Assembly (NCBI GenBank): GCA_963662275.1
Contig: OY759316.1
Span: forward strand, 3,040,001 to 3,104,000
Length of the DNA stretch: 64,000 bases
Reading direction: 5' to 3'
From: Candidatus Cloacimonadales bacterium
GTDB lineage: Bacteria; Cloacimonadota; Cloacimonadia; Cloacimonadales; DAONDQ01
Of the stretch, positions 60,174 to 64,000 are shown one piece after another (the stretch's first letter is position 1; every line of letters starts with the position of its first letter). The position numbers were made by a program, and so were the translations under genes. Under the pieces are notes generated by a model. The model worked only from the letters and a program-made list of their open reading frames with translations. It did no database searches and was not told the DNA's origin.

Positions 60174-61530
60174 CTGAATCCTCCTTGTAACCATATGTTT
60201 GCAATCTGGGAAGATAGGGGTTATTATCAGTACTCAGCTTCTGTAACGAAATGACTTTTTCATTGAGAAACTCCATATCGCAACTATTTTCAATTGAGTT
60301 CGAGTCTATAGCAATAGTCTTGCCTTTCCAATTGATCTCTGCTTTGAGTCCTTGAAGCACACCTCTTCCAATGCTTTTCTCTCCACCAATCGGAAGCATT
60401 CGTGTCCAGAGGTCTTTCAGGAGTAAAAGAGCTAAGCCAGCATCCTCTTCATGAGCATCCTTAATTTCTAATTGAATTGTTAGGTTCTTCTGGGTTTTGT
60501 TTTCCAGTTTATTAAATATGGGCATTGTTTCCAACAAAGCACCTTTAATTGTTCCACCTGTAAATTGATCGATCTTAATACGTGTTTGCTGTTCCATTGA
60601 AACAGAATCAGCATCTAAAACTTCTTCTCTCACAATGAATCTAGAGGGAATTGCATAAATGCTGACATCTTTTTTATCTGAAACATATCCAAAAAGATCG
60701 TTTATACAATTTTCAACAACTATTGGATTAATAGACAATGTATTTAGAATTTTGCGTGCTCTTGCCCTTAATACACCTTTCAATGAAGAACCTGGAATAA
60801 TTGGATTTCCGTTTGACATCAATTGCACATTATCAGGAGCTGAAGAATCATGAGGGTAAGTCCTAACAATGAGTGAATTCACAAGACTAAAATCAGCACA
60901 TATCTTAAAATTTGTATTTGTGGAATGATGAATCAACTGAGATGTAATATCCAAACCCGGAAGCTTCGGACTAAGTAGCCAAGCTATTGAATGATTTTTT
61001 TCAGAAAGATTATATTGATGTATCGTTAAGGTATTAACTCTTAACAAACCTAAACCTTTACTTGTATGTGCCCCAACACTCATTCCCGATAATAGTAGAT
61101 ATTGAATATTGCTCAAAATAGGCTTCATATCTAAATCTTTTTCAACCTTGTCGAATTCCATTTGAAGTTCGAAGCTAATTCCTGGCTCCAGAATTTGATA
61201 ATCAAATAAACCTCCATCATCAACTAACCCCGATTGATGAACAATTTTTATGCCCTCTCGATGCGATATACTGAAATTCGTTCCAATTAGAGTAAGGTCT
61301 GAACACCTGACACGTGACTGATTTAATTTACTTCCCCATATTGATAGATTCATTGCAACATTATCTAATTCTGAGTATAACTTTCCACTAAATGAAGATG
61401 CAGGGATATAGGGTTTACCCTCACTATCTATGATAATATCGCTGTTAGTATCTTCGGATTCACCAGAACCAATACATAGGGGAGTAGTTAATTCCAAATT
61501 CGCTTTAAGTAGGTACTTAATCACTGACAT
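60148..61530 (-). CDS. Cas7-Cas7 double RAMP (Csm3 group 7)
   Basis: Two RAMP units: PLCIGSG/YIPASS/VGAHTSKGLG and IPGSSLKG.LR/IDQFTGG/IGGEKSIGRG. Confidence 0.88.
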   Translation of the reverse strand: MSVIKYLLKANLELTTPLCIGSGESEDTNSDIIIDSEGKPYIPASSFSGKLYSELDNVAMNLSIWGSKLNQSRVRCSDLTLIGTNFSISHREGIKIVHQSGLVDDGGLFDYQILEPGISFELQMEFDKVEKDLDMKPILSNIQYLLLSGMSVGAHTSKGLGLLRVNTLTIHQYNLSEKNHSIAWLLSPKLPGLDITSQLIHHSTNTNFKICADFSLVNSLIVRTYPHDSSAPDNVQLMSNGNPIIPGSSLKGVLRARARKILNTLSINPIVVENCINDLFGYVSDKKDVSIYAIPSRFIVREEVLDADSVSMEQQTRIKIDQFTGGTIKGALLETMPIFNKLENKTQKNLTIQLEIKDAHEEDAGLALLLLKDLWTRMLPIGGEKSIGRGVLQGLKAEINWKGKTIAIDSNSIENSCDMEFLNEKVISLQKLSTDNNPYLPRLQTYGYKEDSDVRTENKN

Positions 61531-62990
61531 AATTTTCCCCCTTGTGCTTGCTTGATCCTATTTCGTAATACAGAGAAATAGACTTTTAGATATTCTCTCT
61601 CAAGTTGAACAACACTCAAGGTAGTTATTGAGATGCCAATTATCGGAGCAAGACTACTGATGTTAGTATCACGGGACAGAATTGATTCCAAATGATCGTT
61701 GAGCCTTTCTGATGTGCTTTCTAGGTGATTCATTACACCTACATTTTTAATATATGTGTTTGATAACTTATCCTTAGCATCTTTCCTAAGATGCTGAAGA
61801 TTTATGTGGAAATTGTTCCCAAGTGCAAAACCTTCTAATCTGCCAACTAAGGATTTTGATAGACTTTGATCTGTAAGATCAGTGTCCGTTGCATCCTTCA
61901 ATGCATTATTATGAATCTCGGATAAAATGTAATTTTCCACTATCCTTCTACATATATCCTTTGCTAATTCACTATTGATACTAATTTGTGTTGTTGGATG
62001 GTTTGATAGTGCTTGTTGATTATATTCATATATTTGAAGGGGCTGAAACGAAACCATACCAAATCCAACATTACGTCTTTCTCCAATTCCTGATTCTTCT
62101 ATTTGCTGCCAATTAGGAGGAAGTGAGTTAAGATAAAAAACCGAACCTGCACTGAATGCATTCTCAGATGGAAGAGACGTTTTCCAAACACCAAGCATTC
62201 CCTGAATTTGTTTTACCTGAATCATACTATGTATAATTTTTGTGTTAAGATGCTTTTCCATTTCCTCAATAGATGTCACAGAGAAGCCATTATCATTGTA
62301 GATTATTGTATCAGATAACAGTGTCATTGAGTATGGCGGTGTTAGCTCTTCAGAATTAACCTCTGGTGTAATATCTCCATACGAGAGGATAGCTTTACCA
62401 TATTGGGCTGTTTTTGATCTTCCAATTGAGATTTCACTTGAATCAGAAATAAGACTTTTTATAAGATTGAGATCATTTTCCTTTCCTGTGATGTAACCTT
62501 TGAAGATTTGACCAGGTGATAAGGCTTCATATGTTAATATAACGCCTTGTTGGGAAATACAAGTTTTTTTGTTCCTTTCATGATGAAAAGCTAGTTCAGT
62601 TCTGAAAGGAATAAAAGTGATATCATTTCCCGAAATTATACTATAAGGTGAACATGAGACATATTTGGTTGCACTATCTTTTTCATTATATTTGAACTCA
62701 TTGATAATCACATCATTGTTGTTTTTTGGATGCTTGATGATCAATGGAGTCGGTTGCGTCAGCTTTCCATGATGTGAAATCAATAGATTCTTAAAAACAA
62801 TATCACCATGGACGAATAACCTAAGAAATTCATGATCTGGAATTCTAGATTTAAGATAGTTATAAGCGAAAACCCCCATCATTGTACTGCCAGGAATATG
62901 ATCATGCGTTGATGTAAGAGTGGCATCCCCTGACCGACGAGAAATAATAACACTGCTAACTGTTTGAATGGATATTTCAAGCTTGTGCAT
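61521..62990 (-). CDS. csx10: Csx10/Cas5-group RAMP with probable C-terminal Cas11-like helical extension
   Basis: HIPGST, IGRSKTAQYG, GIGERRNVGFG, then ~170 aa helical region (LSKSLVGRL). Confidence 0.75.
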   Translation of the reverse strand: MHKLEISIQTVSSVIISRRSGDATLTSTHDHIPGSTMMGVFAYNYLKSRIPDHEFLRLFVHGDIVFKNLLISHHGKLTQPTPLIIKHPKNNNDVIINEFKYNEKDSATKYVSCSPYSIISGNDITFIPFRTELAFHHERNKKTCISQQGVILTYEALSPGQIFKGYITGKENDLNLIKSLISDSSEISIGRSKTAQYGKAILSYGDITPEVNSEELTPPYSMTLLSDTIIYNDNGFSVTSIEEMEKHLNTKIIHSMIQVKQIQGMLGVWKTSLPSENAFSAGSVFYLNSLPPNWQQIEESGIGERRNVGFGMVSFQPLQIYEYNQQALSNHPTTQISINSELAKDICRRIVENYILSEIHNNALKDATDTDLTDQSLSKSLVGRLEGFALGNNFHINLQHLRKDAKDKLSNTYIKNVGVMNHLESTSERLNDHLESILSRDTNISSLAPIIGISITTLSVVQLEREYLKVYFSVLRNRIKQAQGGKLCQ

Positions 62991-63642
62991 AAATTGCCTC
63001 CAATTCCTTAACAGCTAAGTCTTTCAAATTTGCACTGCCTATTATTTCTAAATTAATAGATCCTAATCCATGATTCCTTGTAGTACCCATTCGATCAGCA
63101 TATAGACTTACAAGACCTAACAGATACTCGATATCAGGATTTGTATTATCAATCGTCAATTTACCAACAAATTCATGCTTTTTGTTCACAACTCTCATGG
63201 TTCGGAGTGAGTGTTCTTTTGCTATACCTGGTTTCTTTTCATCAATCGCTGTCTGCTTTCTTAAAGAAGTAAAATATCCTAACACATTCTGAGAACTAAC
63301 CAGATTGCTTAATGAAGAAGCATATCTGATTTCTTCCCTGAGTTTTTCATAATCGGGTAAGTATAGATTTGTTACATTGAATGTTACAACAGGAGTATTC
63401 TTCCCAACATCTCCAAAAAGGTCATCTACATTTGTCAATTGTATTGATTTAGGTAAGATAATATGAAACTGTTCCACTAAATCTTGGCAGGCATTTCTTA
63501 GTATGCCTTTGACCCTCTTTGCTGGAATATAGGGTAAGCCAAGATCATCAAAGACAACATCTGTATCAATCACATTACCACTACTAAGAGCTGATCCTAT
63601 AAGAGTATCAGAAATCAATTTGATGGATATAACGTATTCCAT
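62977..63642 (-). CDS. Cas7/Csm3-like RAMP
   Basis: DTDVVFDDLGLPYIPAKRVKG.LR, TAID, SLR, MGTTRNHGLG. Confidence 0.88.
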   Translation of the reverse strand: MEYVISIKLISDTLIGSALSSGNVIDTDVVFDDLGLPYIPAKRVKGILRNACQDLVEQFHIILPKSIQLTNVDDLFGDVGKNTPVVTFNVTNLYLPDYEKLREEIRYASSLSNLVSSQNVLGYFTSLRKQTAIDEKKPGIAKEHSLRTMRVVNKKHEFVGKLTIDNTNPDIEYLLGLVSLYADRMGTTRNHGLGSINLEIIGSANLKDLAVKELEAIYAQA

Positions 63643-63654
63643 ACACTCCTCCAT

Positions 63655-64000
63655 TTAGGGATAAGTAATCATATCAATGAGTTCAATAATGTCACCGTAA
63701 ATAGTATGATGGTTAGAATCAAAAAGACTTTTTGAGAATATCTTATCAAATCCAACATTATACAATTCATCACCTCTATTTCTCATAATATCTAGAAACT
63801 CTTCTTGTTCCTTTGTGGTTTGATAAAGAACATCTCTGAGTTTCATGATGCGCGAAGACGACCATTTATCTTGAAATTTATCTGCATTTTTTTGAAGAGA
63901 GTTGATATCAGTGATTGAATAGGGTTTTGAGGATAATCTCATACATTCAGAGTTTATAAATTCATTCTTTCTAATTGACTCGATATCAGAAAGGGTGGAA
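63655..64000 (-). CDS. cas10: C-terminal fragment, probably Cas10 (runs off the window)
   Basis: Frame open to the window edge (..IESIRKNE..LSSKPY..WSSSRIMKLR..DIIELID); first in the III-D gene order; Palm/HD motifs not visible. Confidence 0.6.
   Translation of the reverse strand, partial: STLSDIESIRKNEFINSECMRLSSKPYSITDINSLQKNADKFQDKWSSSRIMKLRDVLYQTTKEQEEFLDIMRNRGDELYNVGFDKIFSKSLFDSNHHTIYGDIIELIDMITYP

Overview
AT-rich bacterial window. The C-terminal FlgD/T9SS-like sorting tails, FGE-sulfatase protein and mosaic intergenic repeats suggest Candidatus Cloacimonadota (inference only). From left to right it holds: a secreted FGE-sulfatase/C-type-lectin-fold protein with a DGR-variable-region-like end; methionine gamma-lyase; a REP-flanked RAYT transposase; secreted CTD proteins; SbcD-like and HD genes; aroB; a surface-glycan operon coupled to a PorZ-like propeller; dacB; two independent 1861-bp IS256-like insertions with an apparent frameshift at the transposase start; a tandem array of four paralogous membrane proteins plus a winged-helix regulator; and a 78-bp tandem repeat. 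Next is a sigma54 two-component system facing away from a cluster of gdh, two PEP-synthase-like ATP-grasp genes (one fused to a nucleotidyltransferase) and a metallophosphoesterase. After a 1469-aa secreted protein comes the distal part of a type III-D CRISPR-Cas locus: cas10 (partial), cas7, csx10/cas5(-cas11), cas7-cas7, csx19, cas7-insertion, csx1, a membrane Rossmann/REC-like gene, a Cas6-RT-Cas1 fusion, cas2 and a 5-repeat array. The array trailer continues into odd repeat-containing modules. The best candidates for undescribed biology are the GDH-linked ATP-grasp/NTase/phosphoesterase module, the membrane effector and trailer modules of the RT-CRISPR locus, and the membrane-protein cassette array. 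All calls come from reading motifs by eye; no database searches were run.
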